This document shows positions 41,492-50,898 of a stretch of 60,079 nucleotides of DNA, piece after piece (position 1 is the stretch's first letter; the number at the start of each line of letters is the position of its first letter). The stretch is from positions 1 through 60,079 of the forward strand of contig JAYTQU010000012.1 of NCBI GenBank assembly GCA_043746555.1. The letters are read 5' to 3'. This stretch comes from Pseudomonadota bacterium. GTDB lineage: Bacteria; Pseudomonadota; Gammaproteobacteria; Steroidobacterales; Steroidobacteraceae. The notes under the pieces are model-generated. The model searched no databases, was not told where the DNA came from, and saw nothing but the letters and a program-made list of their open reading frames with translations. The translations under genes were made by a program, and so were the position numbers.

Positions 41492-42436
41492 TTACAACAG
41501 CCACGCCATCGCAGCCAAGAATAGCGGCGTGGTGATCGAGGCGATCGCTGTCGACAAAACCATGGCGCTCGCGACAGCGCTTTGCATGGATCGAAATTGC
41601 ATCGACATCAAGTAGACATTGGTGCCCACCGACATCGACGCGAGCAGCACAATCGCCTTGGTTTCAATCGGCGCTAACTTGAGCAATGCAGCCAGCAGCC
41701 AAACGACGCCGGGAAATATCACGAGTTTGAAGGCACAAATCCCCGCGCTTTGTCGCCATCCGCTGCGCACGCCGTATTGCACCAGCCCCATCCCCAAAAT
41801 CAGCAATGCGCTCGGACCCGCAACATCACTCAGCAGCGCAAGCGCTTGATCGGCAAAGTGCGGCAATCGCAATCCCGTCAATCCAAACAATGTGCCGAAG
41901 ACAATGCCCGCCACCAAGGGACTGGTGATGACACCAAACGCCATCTTGCCAACGCCTTTGATCGTAAACGAGCCATGTCGCGCCCACTCTATGGAAATCG
42001 ACACCAGTGTCCACAACGTGAATGCATTGAATACGATGATTAACGCGGCCGATGGTAGCGCTGATGGTCCCAGCGTGATTTTGACCAAAGGTAAACCGAG
42101 CAAGACGTTATTGGAAAAAATACCGCCCATCGCGAATACCGATTGCGCAACGCCATCGAGCTGGAAAATACGGGCCGCTACGAATCGACCCATCGCAAAG
42201 ACGATCAAACAGCCGCCGAAAAAAGCCAGTAACAGGCTGGGCTTCACCGGCGGCATGGAATCCATATTGCTCATCAAGTGAAACAGCATCGCGGGCAGCG
42301 CGACATTAAAGACAAACTTGGACGCCCACGCCGTCCACTCCGTTCGCCATTTCGGCCAACGGGCAACGAGATATCCGGCGAGTACGATCGCGAACAGCGG
42401 GGCCGACAGAACAAAATACTGGAGAACGACCGACAT
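41492..42436 (-). CDS. AEC (auxin efflux carrier) family transporter
   Basis: The internal ATG at 42436 gives MSVVLQYFVLSAPLFAIVLAGYLV. About 10 TM segments. The ORF-track N-terminal extension is Arg-rich and implausible. Confidence 0.8.
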   Translation of the reverse strand: MSVVLQYFVLSAPLFAIVLAGYLVARWPKWRTEWTAWASKFVFNVALPAMLFHLMSNMDSMPPVKPSLLLAFFGGCLIVFAMGRFVAARIFQLDGVAQSVFAMGGIFSNNVLLGLPLVKITLGPSALPSAALIIVFNAFTLWTLVSISIEWARHGSFTIKGVGKMAFGVITSPLVAGIVFGTLFGLTGLRLPHFADQALALLSDVAGPSALLILGMGLVQYGVRSGWRQSAGICAFKLVIFPGVVWLLAALLKLAPIETKAIVLLASMSVGTNVYLMSMQFRSMQSAVASAMVLSTAIASITTPLFLAAMAWLL

Positions 42437-42593
42437 GCGCGAACGATGCCACATCCTGGCGATTCGGTGAATGAGCAATTGGCGATGACGGCGTCTCATT
42501 TTGTGATGACAACGAAGCAATCGCGGATTGCGCTTCATCTGCCGTTAAGTGCCGCGTGCTAGCATCGCGACCAGAAATCTCACGAGGTGTTCG

Positions 42594-43718
42594 ATGGCGA
42601 ACGACGAACGCATTGACAAGACACGACGCAGCGCATTGCGAACATTGGCCACGCTACCGTTTGCTGCGGGTCTAAGTGCCTGTGGCGGCGGTTCGTCAGG
42701 CAGTTCATCGACGCCAGGACCGACTCCTACGCCGGCGACAACACGATCTTGGAAACTCGGCTTTTCTCCGAATCCGGCTCGTCCAACGTCGGCGTCGATT
42801 ACTCAAGGCATCGATCTTTGGAGTTTGCGTGCGGAGCTCGCCATCATTCACGAGGAAATGCCGTGGACAAAATTGCTCGGCGGTATGACGCCGGACGCAA
42901 TCATCGATGCGGGTAAAGTGGGGTTGGTGAACTATATGCGCGGCAAAGGCATGCAGCTCATGTATATGGGCGATCTCACCGATGGATTATCGCGTAAGGA
43001 CGAAGCGCCGCAACTGCGTGCGCTCGGTCGAAGCATTACCGAGCCTGCCGTGCAATTGCTTTATCGCAACTACATGACCGCGGTGGTTCGCAAACTCAAT
43101 CCGCAGTATGTCGGACTAGCAGCAGAAACCAACTTAATTCGCGCGGCGGCATCTGCGGCAGTCTACGCGGCGGTAGTACGCACGGCAAACGATGCTGCTA
43201 ACGACATTCGCGCGATGGGCGGCGCGATGCCGCTGATAATAAGCGTGCAAGTCGAAACCGCATGGGGTGTACTCGGCACGATGGGTCCATTCGTTGGCAT
43301 CGACACAGATCGCTCGGATTTTCCCTTCGTGCAAATTATGGGCTTGTCGTCGTACCCCTATTTCGGGTATGCGCAGCCTGAGGATATCCCGAGCGACTAC
43401 TACTCGCGCTTGCTGCCTAACCGCGCGATGCCCGGCATGGTGACCGAAGGCGGATGGGCGAGTGCCAGCGCGAGCTCGATTACATCGACACCCGACAAAC
43501 AAGCGCGTTACTACGCTCGCGTGCCGCAACTCCTCGATAGCATCGACGCACGCTCGTTCTTGCATTTGAATTTTGCCGATCCCGATCTTTCGACATTCCC
43601 ACAACCGATAGCGCCAAATTTGGCCTTATTTGCGAGCATAGGATTGACCGATAGCGACTTCAACGCCAAACCTGCGCTCGCCGCTTGGGATGCGCTGTAC
43701 TCGCGGCCGCTTCGATAA
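42594..43718 (+). CDS. Exported protein with a Tat-like motif and lipobox, function unknown (possibly hydrolase-like)
   Basis: The ATG at 42594 has GAGG upstream. KTRRSALRTLATLPFAAGLSACGG combines a twin-arginine motif with a lipobox. I cannot assign the rest to a family. Confidence 0.6.
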   Translation: MANDERIDKTRRSALRTLATLPFAAGLSACGGGSSGSSSTPGPTPTPATTRSWKLGFSPNPARPTSASITQGIDLWSLRAELAIIHEEMPWTKLLGGMTPDAIIDAGKVGLVNYMRGKGMQLMYMGDLTDGLSRKDEAPQLRALGRSITEPAVQLLYRNYMTAVVRKLNPQYVGLAAETNLIRAAASAAVYAAVVRTANDAANDIRAMGGAMPLIISVQVETAWGVLGTMGPFVGIDTDRSDFPFVQIMGLSSYPYFGYAQPEDIPSDYYSRLLPNRAMPGMVTEGGWASASASSITSTPDKQARYYARVPQLLDSIDARSFLHLNFADPDLSTFPQPIAPNLALFASIGLTDSDFNAKPALAAWDALYSRPLR

Positions 43719-43894
43719 CAGCCTTCCATTCGTCCAAACCGACCTCCAATCGGAACTCGCCATAGTTCCCGCCGCGAATGTGCGCTGCGTCTCACTTCCT
43801 CAAAGAGCACATCATTACAGTGTCGAATTGCTAGCTTGGCGGTTTCTATAACCTAATGCCCAGCCGATGCAACGAGGTGTTGGAGAGTGAGTGG

Positions 43895-46006
43895 ATGAGT
43901 ACGATTCTGATCGCCTACGAACGCGAGATGGAACAAAACGCGCTGGAGAAGCTGCTCGCCGAGCGCGGCCATAAGGTTATTCGTTCCAACAATGGCGTCG
44001 ATGCATTGGAAGCCGCGCGACGCGAATCGCCCAATCTCATTATTAGCGATATTTCTCTGCCGAAGATGGACGGCTTCTCGCTGTGCAAGAAGTGGAAACA
44101 GGATGAGCATCTGCAAGCCGTGCCGTTCATGTTCTACACGCGCCGCCACAACGACCCCAAGTACGAACGCTTCGCTTTGGAATTAGGCGTTGATCGCTTT
44201 ATCGAACGTACCACCGATCACACCGCGTTTCTCAATGCACTCGATGGCGTGCTGGCCGATGGCGCTTTCGCACGTAAAGCGGACACAATGCGCCTACAAG
44301 CGCTGACCACCGGAGCGTTCTTAACAACCGGCAGGCATTCGAGCACGCAGTCGCAGCCGGCAACCACGATTGTGAATACGACGGTGCAACGGGTAAATGG
44401 CGCCGACAGCGCTGTCGCCAACAACGAAGATCGGAGTTTGGCGCGCGAGGCGCGTTTGCTTGTCCGAGTTGCCGAGCTAGATGCGGAAAACAAGCAACTG
44501 CAAACCGGCGAGCATCGATTACGCGAGTCGCTCGATACTCAAATGCGCACTGCTGCGCATATCACCGATACCTACGGTGCGTTACAGGTTGCCGCGGCCG
44601 ACGGCTTTTGGTTGCTCGACGAAGACGATCGTATTCGCGACACCAATCAAGCGTATTGTCGGCTGTCGGACTACGGCAAAGATGAACTCGTCAAGTTGAA
44701 GGCATCCGATTTAGATACTCGCTGGCGCGACGATGCGACGACACATTTGGAAGTGCTGCGCGATGAAGGACAAATTCGGTATCAAACACAGCATCGTCGC
44801 AAGGACGGGTCGCTATTCGATGTTGAATTGAGCGTCGGCTCGCTTACGGGAACGCAAGCGCGTCGCATCGTCATTATTCGCGACGTTTCGGCGCGAGTTC
44901 GACGCAACGAAGTCACTCGCCGCCTTGAGCGCGCCAAAGATGCGGCATTGGAAATCTTCGCCGGCGCCGAATCGTTGGATGAATCCGGTCTCTCGCGTCG
45001 GGCCACTGAGTTGGCCGCCTCGCTCACCGAAAGTCCGCTGGCATATCTGTGCCTATTCGACATCAAGCATGAAGTAGCCCTTCTAACGGCCATGTTCGAT
45101 TCGAGTAGCAACACCGCGAGCGCAATAAGCGGCGATCAACGAACGCTACCGATTGTCGGCCCGTGGATAGACTGCGCGCGCGCGCTCAAGCCGCAGTTGA
45201 TTGAAGATATGACGCGGATCGGTCGCGCATCGATTTTGCCGGAACAACAGCGAGCGATATTCATGCCGGTCGCGATCGGCGATGGCATTGTGGCGATCAT
45301 CGCCGTGGCGAATCGACGTGTTGCGTATATAGAGAACGACTGCGCATCGTTGGCACCGCTAGTCAACGCCTGCGGCACGGCGCTGCGTTCGAAGAGCGCG
45401 CATATCCAAACTCTAATGTCGTCGCAGCGCGCCGAAGTTGCCTTGCAAGGCACCATCGAATCCATTAGCCGCTTGATCGAACGCCATGATCCGCATGCGA
45501 GCGGCAGTGCGCGACGCGTCGCCGCGCTGTCCGTTGCGATGGCTAGAGAACTTGGTTTATCTCAACGCGAACAAAATACCTTGCGCACGGCCGCGCTATT
45601 GCATCGCGTCGGCAGCATCGCCATTCCATCCGCACTACTGAATAGGCCGGGCGAACTTTCGCCGGTCGAATTGGCGCTGGTGCGCACTCATGTAGAAGAA
45701 AGTCACAGAATACTGTCGGAAATCGAATTCGGTGCGCCGGTCGCGGAAATCGTTTATCAACATCAAGAACGTTTGGACGGCAGCGGCTATCCGCGCGGTT
45801 TGAGTGGCGATCGAATTTTGTTCGAAGCTCGCGTTCTTGCCATTGCGGTCGCGGTTGTCGCGCCGTCGGGCAAACCGGGATCGGCGATGACCATCGCCGC
45901 CGCACTGACCGAACTCGAGAGTGGTGTGAATATCCTCTACGACGCGAAAGCAGTCGGCGCTTGCGTGCGGCTTTTCCGCGAACAGGGATTCTCGCTTCCC
46001 CTATAA
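43895..46006 (+). CDS. Response regulator with REC-PAS-GAF-like-HD-GYP architecture (HD-GYP apparently degenerate)
   Basis: REC has LIISDISLPKMDG. PAS has DGFWLLDEDDRIRDTN..YQTQHRRKDGSLFDVELSV. The C-terminus has LHRVGSIAIPSALLNRPGELS..HVEES..QHQERLDGSGYPRGL. The start at 43895 has GGAGAG upstream. Confidence 0.8.
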   Translation: MSTILIAYEREMEQNALEKLLAERGHKVIRSNNGVDALEAARRESPNLIISDISLPKMDGFSLCKKWKQDEHLQAVPFMFYTRRHNDPKYERFALELGVDRFIERTTDHTAFLNALDGVLADGAFARKADTMRLQALTTGAFLTTGRHSSTQSQPATTIVNTTVQRVNGADSAVANNEDRSLAREARLLVRVAELDAENKQLQTGEHRLRESLDTQMRTAAHITDTYGALQVAAADGFWLLDEDDRIRDTNQAYCRLSDYGKDELVKLKASDLDTRWRDDATTHLEVLRDEGQIRYQTQHRRKDGSLFDVELSVGSLTGTQARRIVIIRDVSARVRRNEVTRRLERAKDAALEIFAGAESLDESGLSRRATELAASLTESPLAYLCLFDIKHEVALLTAMFDSSSNTASAISGDQRTLPIVGPWIDCARALKPQLIEDMTRIGRASILPEQQRAIFMPVAIGDGIVAIIAVANRRVAYIENDCASLAPLVNACGTALRSKSAHIQTLMSSQRAEVALQGTIESISRLIERHDPHASGSARRVAALSVAMARELGLSQREQNTLRTAALLHRVGSIAIPSALLNRPGELSPVELALVRTHVEESHRILSEIEFGAPVAEIVYQHQERLDGSGYPRGLSGDRILFEARVLAIAVAVVAPSGKPGSAMTIAAALTELESGVNILYDAKAVGACVRLFREQGFSLPL

Positions 46007-46021
46007 CAATCGCTGTCGCGA

Positions 46022-46561
46022 CTACGCAGATCCAACCAATTCTTTTTCCAACACTTCGAAACGTAGCTCATCCACGATTGCCGTGCTGCGACGATCTTCG
46101 ATTGGGAACGGCTTGTAGACGCCGGTCCGGCGATAACCGCGTCGTTCGTAGTACGCGATGAGTTCGCGGCGCAATGTGATCACCGTCATCTGAACTTTTT
46201 TCGCGCGCCACTGTTGGGCGATGGCTTGCTCGGTTGCGCACAGAAATGCTTTGCCAATGCCTTGTCCTTGCAACGTCGGCTTTACGACGAACATGCCGAG
46301 GTAGGCCGCGTCGCCCGTTCGTTGCAGTAGCACCGATCCGATCGATTCATTGTCTTGCAAGCAAAGCAAAAGCATCGTATCGGCAGCCGCAATGAGGCTG
46401 CGTACTTCATTCACGTCGGTACGAATGCCCACTAAGTAGTCCGCTTCCGTGGTCCAGCCCACGCGACTGGCATCGCCGCGATAGCCGGAATTTACCAGGT
46501 CGACAATCGCCGGCGCGTCCTCGGGCAGCGCTTTGCGAAACTGCAAATCGACGGAGATCAT
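46022..46561 (-). CDS. GNAT family N-acetyltransferase
   Basis: 179 aa from the ATG at 46561, which overlaps the upstream stop (ATGA). The acetyl-CoA motif is FVVKPTLQGQGIGKAFL. Confidence 0.8.
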   Translation of the reverse strand: MISVDLQFRKALPEDAPAIVDLVNSGYRGDASRVGWTTEADYLVGIRTDVNEVRSLIAAADTMLLLCLQDNESIGSVLLQRTGDAAYLGMFVVKPTLQGQGIGKAFLCATEQAIAQQWRAKKVQMTVITLRRELIAYYERRGYRRTGVYKPFPIEDRRSTAIVDELRFEVLEKELVGSA

Positions 46562-47616
46562 TTTGCTTTGCGTTTTTCCTGCTCGCGCGCGCCCGCAAGA
46601 ATGCCGGTCATGGCGTAATTGCCTTCGTGACAGGCGTATTCGTAGAGTCGCTGGTTGCTCGAATTCAAACTCATTTCGCCACGCCAACTCTGCGTGTAGA
46701 GAGATGGATCCTCGACCTCGAACTCGTAAAGTATTTGCCGATTTGAAACGCGTGTGAAGCGCTCGGTAACGCGCGCGTTCGGACTCACACTCACCATGCT
46801 ATCGAGTTGTATCGGATGAAACTGCGTTGTCTCGACCACTAAAGTATCGCCGTCCCACCAAGCAATGGAGTCGCCGAACAGCGGATGTAGGGTCGCGACG
46901 ATGTGATGACGGTCCGCGAGCGAATGTTCAATCGGAATCACGCGCGCGTGTTGCACCATCTCCACGAGAATCACAACATAGTCGTGTGTTTGAACGATTT
47001 GATAATTATTGTTGTAAAGACCATTGAGCATCGGTGGACCGATGCGTCCGCCGGTGTAAAGACATCGATCGGCGGGCGGACGGACTTCCGGTCCGTCGAA
47101 GTTGTCTCTTTGCGCTTCGAAGTGCGCCACGACTTCTCTGCCATGCGCTGAGTAAGGAATTTTTCCGTTTAACGGATCGATAATCCACGACGTGCGACGC
47201 TCGCCCTTCACCAATCCAAACTCCACGCCGGGATCGATCCAAAACGCGTTGTAGCCGCGACCGCGCGCCAGATCGGAACCGTCTAGTCGTTGTGTCCCTT
47301 CGTCGGCCGCGTCATCGGTTTGTTGTCTTACGACTTGCGGATGCGTGGCGGTCGCCGCCTTAACCTGATCGGGCGGAATGACGAGACCCTTGTAGCGCGC
47401 CGGTCGTTCCAACGTGGTAATCGAGGCATTGGTCCACACGCCTTGAAAGTCAGGCTTGCCGTCCGGTCCACGCGGGGGTTGGTATTTGTGCGGCGCGCTC
47501 TGAACAGGTTCGCCAACTGCGGGCATCGCGACCAGGGCGATCAGGGCGACACACGCCGATATTGCCAGCGCTCGTAGCCATTTCAAAGTGTCGCGTCGCG
47601 GGTCGCTCATGCGCAT
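46558..47616 (-). CDS. Secreted protein of unknown function
   Basis: 352 aa with signal/TM segment LRALAISACVALIALVAMPAVG. I recognise no catalytic motif. It is translationally coupled to the downstream GNAT. Confidence 0.7.
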   Translation of the reverse strand: MRMSDPRRDTLKWLRALAISACVALIALVAMPAVGEPVQSAPHKYQPPRGPDGKPDFQGVWTNASITTLERPARYKGLVIPPDQVKAATATHPQVVRQQTDDAADEGTQRLDGSDLARGRGYNAFWIDPGVEFGLVKGERRTSWIIDPLNGKIPYSAHGREVVAHFEAQRDNFDGPEVRPPADRCLYTGGRIGPPMLNGLYNNNYQIVQTHDYVVILVEMVQHARVIPIEHSLADRHHIVATLHPLFGDSIAWWDGDTLVVETTQFHPIQLDSMVSVSPNARVTERFTRVSNRQILYEFEVEDPSLYTQSWRGEMSLNSSNQRLYEYACHEGNYAMTGILAGAREQEKRKAK

Positions 47617-47678
47617 ATTCTACTGTGAACATCCGAGCTTAACCCAAAAACGTAGCCGTACTTGAATCGGTCTTTAAC

Positions 47679-47714
47679 AAAAATGCAAACCCCGCGGCTC
47701 TTGCGAGACGCGGG
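47679..47714 (-). terminator. Rho-independent terminator ending the kinase-CheY-CheX operon
   Basis: On the minus strand: CCCGCG-T-CTC-GCAA-GAG-C-CGCGGG followed by GTTTGCATTTTTG. It lies 30 nt after the CheX-like stop. Confidence 0.65.
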
Positions 47715-47744
47715 ATCGTTAAGGGCGGATACTAACGATGAAAT

Positions 47745-48191
47745 CTATTCGAGGCAGACGACCAACTGCGCGGAGTGACTGCGCCAGTTGATGGGGATCA
47801 CGAAGGCACGCAGATTTTCCGGCGGCGTCACTTTCTCGGGTTCGCCGGCAACGATTTGCGGCACCGAAATCATAAAGTCCTTGCCGAAATCCTTGCGTGC
47901 ATTGCCGGAGATCGTGTTGGCGACTTCGCCAACCAAGTCGCACATGTTCTCTTGCGTCAGCTCGGTTTCACCCATGCGCATCAGCATGACGGTGAGCATG
48001 GGACGCGACGCCGTGAAGTAAACGATGCCGCGACGCTTGCCCGCAATACTGATCACGCCGGTGAACTCCTGTACCGACGGCTTGCCGTCCTGAACGATAT
48101 AAGGCGATCCCACCGATGCCGGTTGGTTGGCAGCGGCCTCGAAGTAGTGCGTCGTACCTTCGACGAACGTTTCGAGTTCAACTTTCGTCAT
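47745..48191 (-). CDS. CheX-family protein (CheY-P phosphatase-like)
   Basis: 148 aa from the ATG at 48191 (ATGA overlap with the upstream stop). FTGVISIAGKRRGIVYFTAS..LVGEVANTISGNARK is the CheX/CheC-like signature region. Confidence 0.7.
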   Translation of the reverse strand: MTKVELETFVEGTTHYFEAAANQPASVGSPYIVQDGKPSVQEFTGVISIAGKRRGIVYFTASRPMLTVMLMRMGETELTQENMCDLVGEVANTISGNARKDFGKDFMISVPQIVAGEPEKVTPPENLRAFVIPINWRSHSAQLVVCLE

Positions 48192-48601
48192 GGGGCACCC
48201 CGCAACAATTCGTCGATCGCATCGGTCAATTGACGATCGGTGAACGGCTTGCAAAGAAAGCCATTCGCGCCGCGTTTCAACCCTTCGATGGCCGTCGCCT
48301 TATCGGACAACGCCGAGATGATCAGAATAAGCACGTCGGACTTGATCGCGATGAGCTTTTCAATGCACTCGATACCATCCATTTCGGGCATCGTAATGTC
48401 CATCGTGACCACATCGCAAGGATCTTTGCGAAACGCCTCGACCGCCAGGCGGCCGTTGGAAGCAGTGGCGACCACTTGTAAGCGCTCAATCTTCAACTCG
48501 CGTTCGATCTTGCGACGAATGATGTTCGAGTCGTCGCAGATTAGTAACTTGAGTTTGCCGGCCGATAGTTGCTGTTTGGCCTGGGCAGTTGCAGTTGCCA
48601 T
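48188..48601 (-). CDS. Single-domain CheY-like response regulator
   Basis: 137 aa. LLICDDS, VVTMDITMPEMDG, IISALS and FLCKPF show all canonical phospho-acceptor pocket residues. There is no output domain. Confidence 0.85.
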   Translation of the reverse strand: MATATAQAKQQLSAGKLKLLICDDSNIIRRKIERELKIERLQVVATASNGRLAVEAFRKDPCDVVTMDITMPEMDGIECIEKLIAIKSDVLILIISALSDKATAIEGLKRGANGFLCKPFTDRQLTDAIDELLRGAP

Positions 48602-48657
48602 TGGTATCCCTCGTCTATGAATTCAAATATAGATTAAAATTTTGAACTGGGCTTGAA

Positions 48658-50898
48658 TCAGGCCGCAACAGCTCGCGCCGCGGCGGGCAACCAAATCTTG
48701 AACTTCGCAAAGCGACCGCCTGCCGAGGCCAGTCCGATACGACCGCCCATCTCGGCGACCAATACTCGCACGAGGTCCATGCCCGCGCCGCGACCCGCAT
48801 CGGTCGTGACCTCTTCCGACGTCGAGAATCCCGGTCGGAAAATCAAAGCCATCGCTTGCCGCGCATCGAGCAACGCTGCCTGAGCCGGGGTGATCAAGCC
48901 GCGCTCGATCGCCACTTCCTTGATGCGATCGAGTTGTAATCCGCGACCGTCGTCGCGCACCACCAATTCGTAACCCTCGCTGCCGCGATCGACAAAGTCG
49001 ATATTCAAAACGCCGGACTCGGGCTTTTGCATCATGAGGCGATCTTGCGGTAATTCGATGCCGTGTACAACCGAGTTGCGCACAAGCTGAATCGTAATGT
49101 CCTTTACCGCGCGACGATAGTTCTCGGGCACCCGATCCAAGCCATGGAATTTTAAAGCGACCCGCTTGTTCTGCGCTTCGGAGACCCGCTTGGCGAGTTT
49201 GTCGAGGGTCGATTCCAAGGCTGACGCTGCAGCGCCATCCTTGTTCTTCGACAGCAGACCCGTGCTCTCCAGCGAATCGGTGTTGCCTTGACCGGTGAGC
49301 CACTCGCCCACCTTCTTGTCGGTGTCGGCATTAGTGGGCGCGCTGACGCGACGACTCGCAATCGCGTGATGCAGATCGACCAAGCGACCCAACATTTCGC
49401 GCACTTGCGCCAAGTGATTGAACAAGTCGTCTAGTTTGACAACCAGCGGTAGGAAATCCGAACCCGACAGATTCTGCCGAGACTTAAGATCGTTGAGCGA
49501 TTCTTCGAAGGTATGGGCCCGCTGTTCGACCGTCTTGAGGCCGAGCGCGGCCGCTTCGCCTTTCACTGCATGCACTTGTCGATAGATGCTGTCGATCTTG
49601 GTACGGAACGCCGCCTCTTCGCGAGCCGGTTCCTTCAAGATCGAGTTCACCATCTTCAACGACACTTCGGCGTCGGTGAGGAAGCCGGTCAAGCTTTCCG
49701 GATCGACGTGGAGAATGCGGAGCAACATATCGAGCTGCTGTTGCGCCTTCTCTTGCGATTCTTGCAATTCGCGCGATAGCAACACGCGCTTGGTGCAATC
49801 GTTCACCGTCACCAGCAAATGCGACATGGTGCCTTCGGCCGCTTTTACGCGGTTGAAGTCGAATTCCATGAAGTGAGTTTCGAATCCACCGGCCGGATTG
49901 TCGAAGTGAACCTCCACTTCGCCAAGCGGATTGATCGACTTGATCAATTTCTCATTGACGCGATCGCCCCAGAGCAAAGACACATAGTCCTGCGCGGTAC
50001 GCAACGTTTTCTCGGGCACAATGCCGCGCAGAAGATCGTCGAAAGTCATATCGTTAAATTGTTCGCGGCGGAAAATTCCGGCCAACGCCATGGACTTTTC
50101 CGTACCGATTTTCATGTTTCGATCGAGCAGGAACAACCCTTCGTTCACCGTGCGCAAGATGTCGGCTGTTTCTTTGCGTGCCCGGTTTGCCGACGCTTCT
50201 TCCTTTTGCAGATTGCGGACGAAAATAAACTGAATCGAGAGCAATACCAACAAAGCGGCGACAATGCCGACGCCCAGCACGATTCGTTGAGTCGTAGCTA
50301 GTTCAGCGCTGGTCGATTCGATATCCGAACTTACCACGCCGAGTTTGCGCGACAGTTCTTCGTGTATCTTGGCGCTCGTTACTTTCAATTCAGCAAGCTG
50401 GCTCTTCAGAGTCTCGCCGCGGGAATTCAACACAACAGCATTGTTGTCATCGCGCGCATACGGCGAACCGGAGAATCGCACCACCGGATCCAGTTTGATT
50501 TTGTAATCGGACCAAAGCTTCGCAGCTGCCGCCAACGCGGCTTTCGCTTCGTCGCCGTTTGGTGAAAGCACGACGGTCTTGCCACCGGCGGTCTTCATCG
50601 AGTCGCCGCTGGTCAGCGCGGCGATGGTCTCGTCCAATGTACGTCGGGCATTACTCAAGTCCTCAAGACTGGACTTGATGTCTTCGCCTTTATCGAGGTG
50701 CGCAGCAAGCGCATGGCCTGCCGCATCGATATAGCCCGGCATCGCGAGCTGCGAGGCAACCTGCTTGATAGCTGGCGCGTTGTTCGCGAAGCGGTTTGCG
50801 CTTGAGAAGTTAAACGCCAGTACGGTGGCGATCAGCAGCACGAAGCCTGCCAGTGCTCTGACAATTCCATTGAACTTGCCGAAATCGAAAATACCCAT
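48658..50898 (-). CDS. Membrane-bound CheA-like histidine kinase: 2-TM periplasmic sensor, unassigned cytoplasmic domain, Hpt (P1), CheA-type ATPase (P4); no P2/P3/P5 evident
   Basis: 746 aa with AGGGGA upstream of the ATG. TM segments at aa ~14-30 and ~205-227. Hpt site is YRQVHAVKGEAAALGL (His443 = nt 49570-49572). P4 boxes are LVRNSVVHGIE, VRDDGRGL and FRPGFSTSEEVTTDAGRGAGMDLV. The protein ends shortly after the ATPase. Confidence 0.8.
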   Translation of the reverse strand: MGIFDFGKFNGIVRALAGFVLLIATVLAFNFSSANRFANNAPAIKQVASQLAMPGYIDAAGHALAAHLDKGEDIKSSLEDLSNARRTLDETIAALTSGDSMKTAGGKTVVLSPNGDEAKAALAAAAKLWSDYKIKLDPVVRFSGSPYARDDNNAVVLNSRGETLKSQLAELKVTSAKIHEELSRKLGVVSSDIESTSAELATTQRIVLGVGIVAALLVLLSIQFIFVRNLQKEEASANRARKETADILRTVNEGLFLLDRNMKIGTEKSMALAGIFRREQFNDMTFDDLLRGIVPEKTLRTAQDYVSLLWGDRVNEKLIKSINPLGEVEVHFDNPAGGFETHFMEFDFNRVKAAEGTMSHLLVTVNDCTKRVLLSRELQESQEKAQQQLDMLLRILHVDPESLTGFLTDAEVSLKMVNSILKEPAREEAAFRTKIDSIYRQVHAVKGEAAALGLKTVEQRAHTFEESLNDLKSRQNLSGSDFLPLVVKLDDLFNHLAQVREMLGRLVDLHHAIASRRVSAPTNADTDKKVGEWLTGQGNTDSLESTGLLSKNKDGAAASALESTLDKLAKRVSEAQNKRVALKFHGLDRVPENYRRAVKDITIQLVRNSVVHGIELPQDRLMMQKPESGVLNIDFVDRGSEGYELVVRDDGRGLQLDRIKEVAIERGLITPAQAALLDARQAMALIFRPGFSTSEEVTTDAGRGAGMDLVRVLVAEMGGRIGLASAGGRFAKFKIWLPAAARAVAA

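Noticed and set aside
48623-49303. 226-aa ORF on the same strand as the kinase but out of frame with its 3' part
   Set aside because: The kinase frame carries the CheA P4 motifs across this interval. The alternative frame is Arg/Gly/Ser-rich noise.
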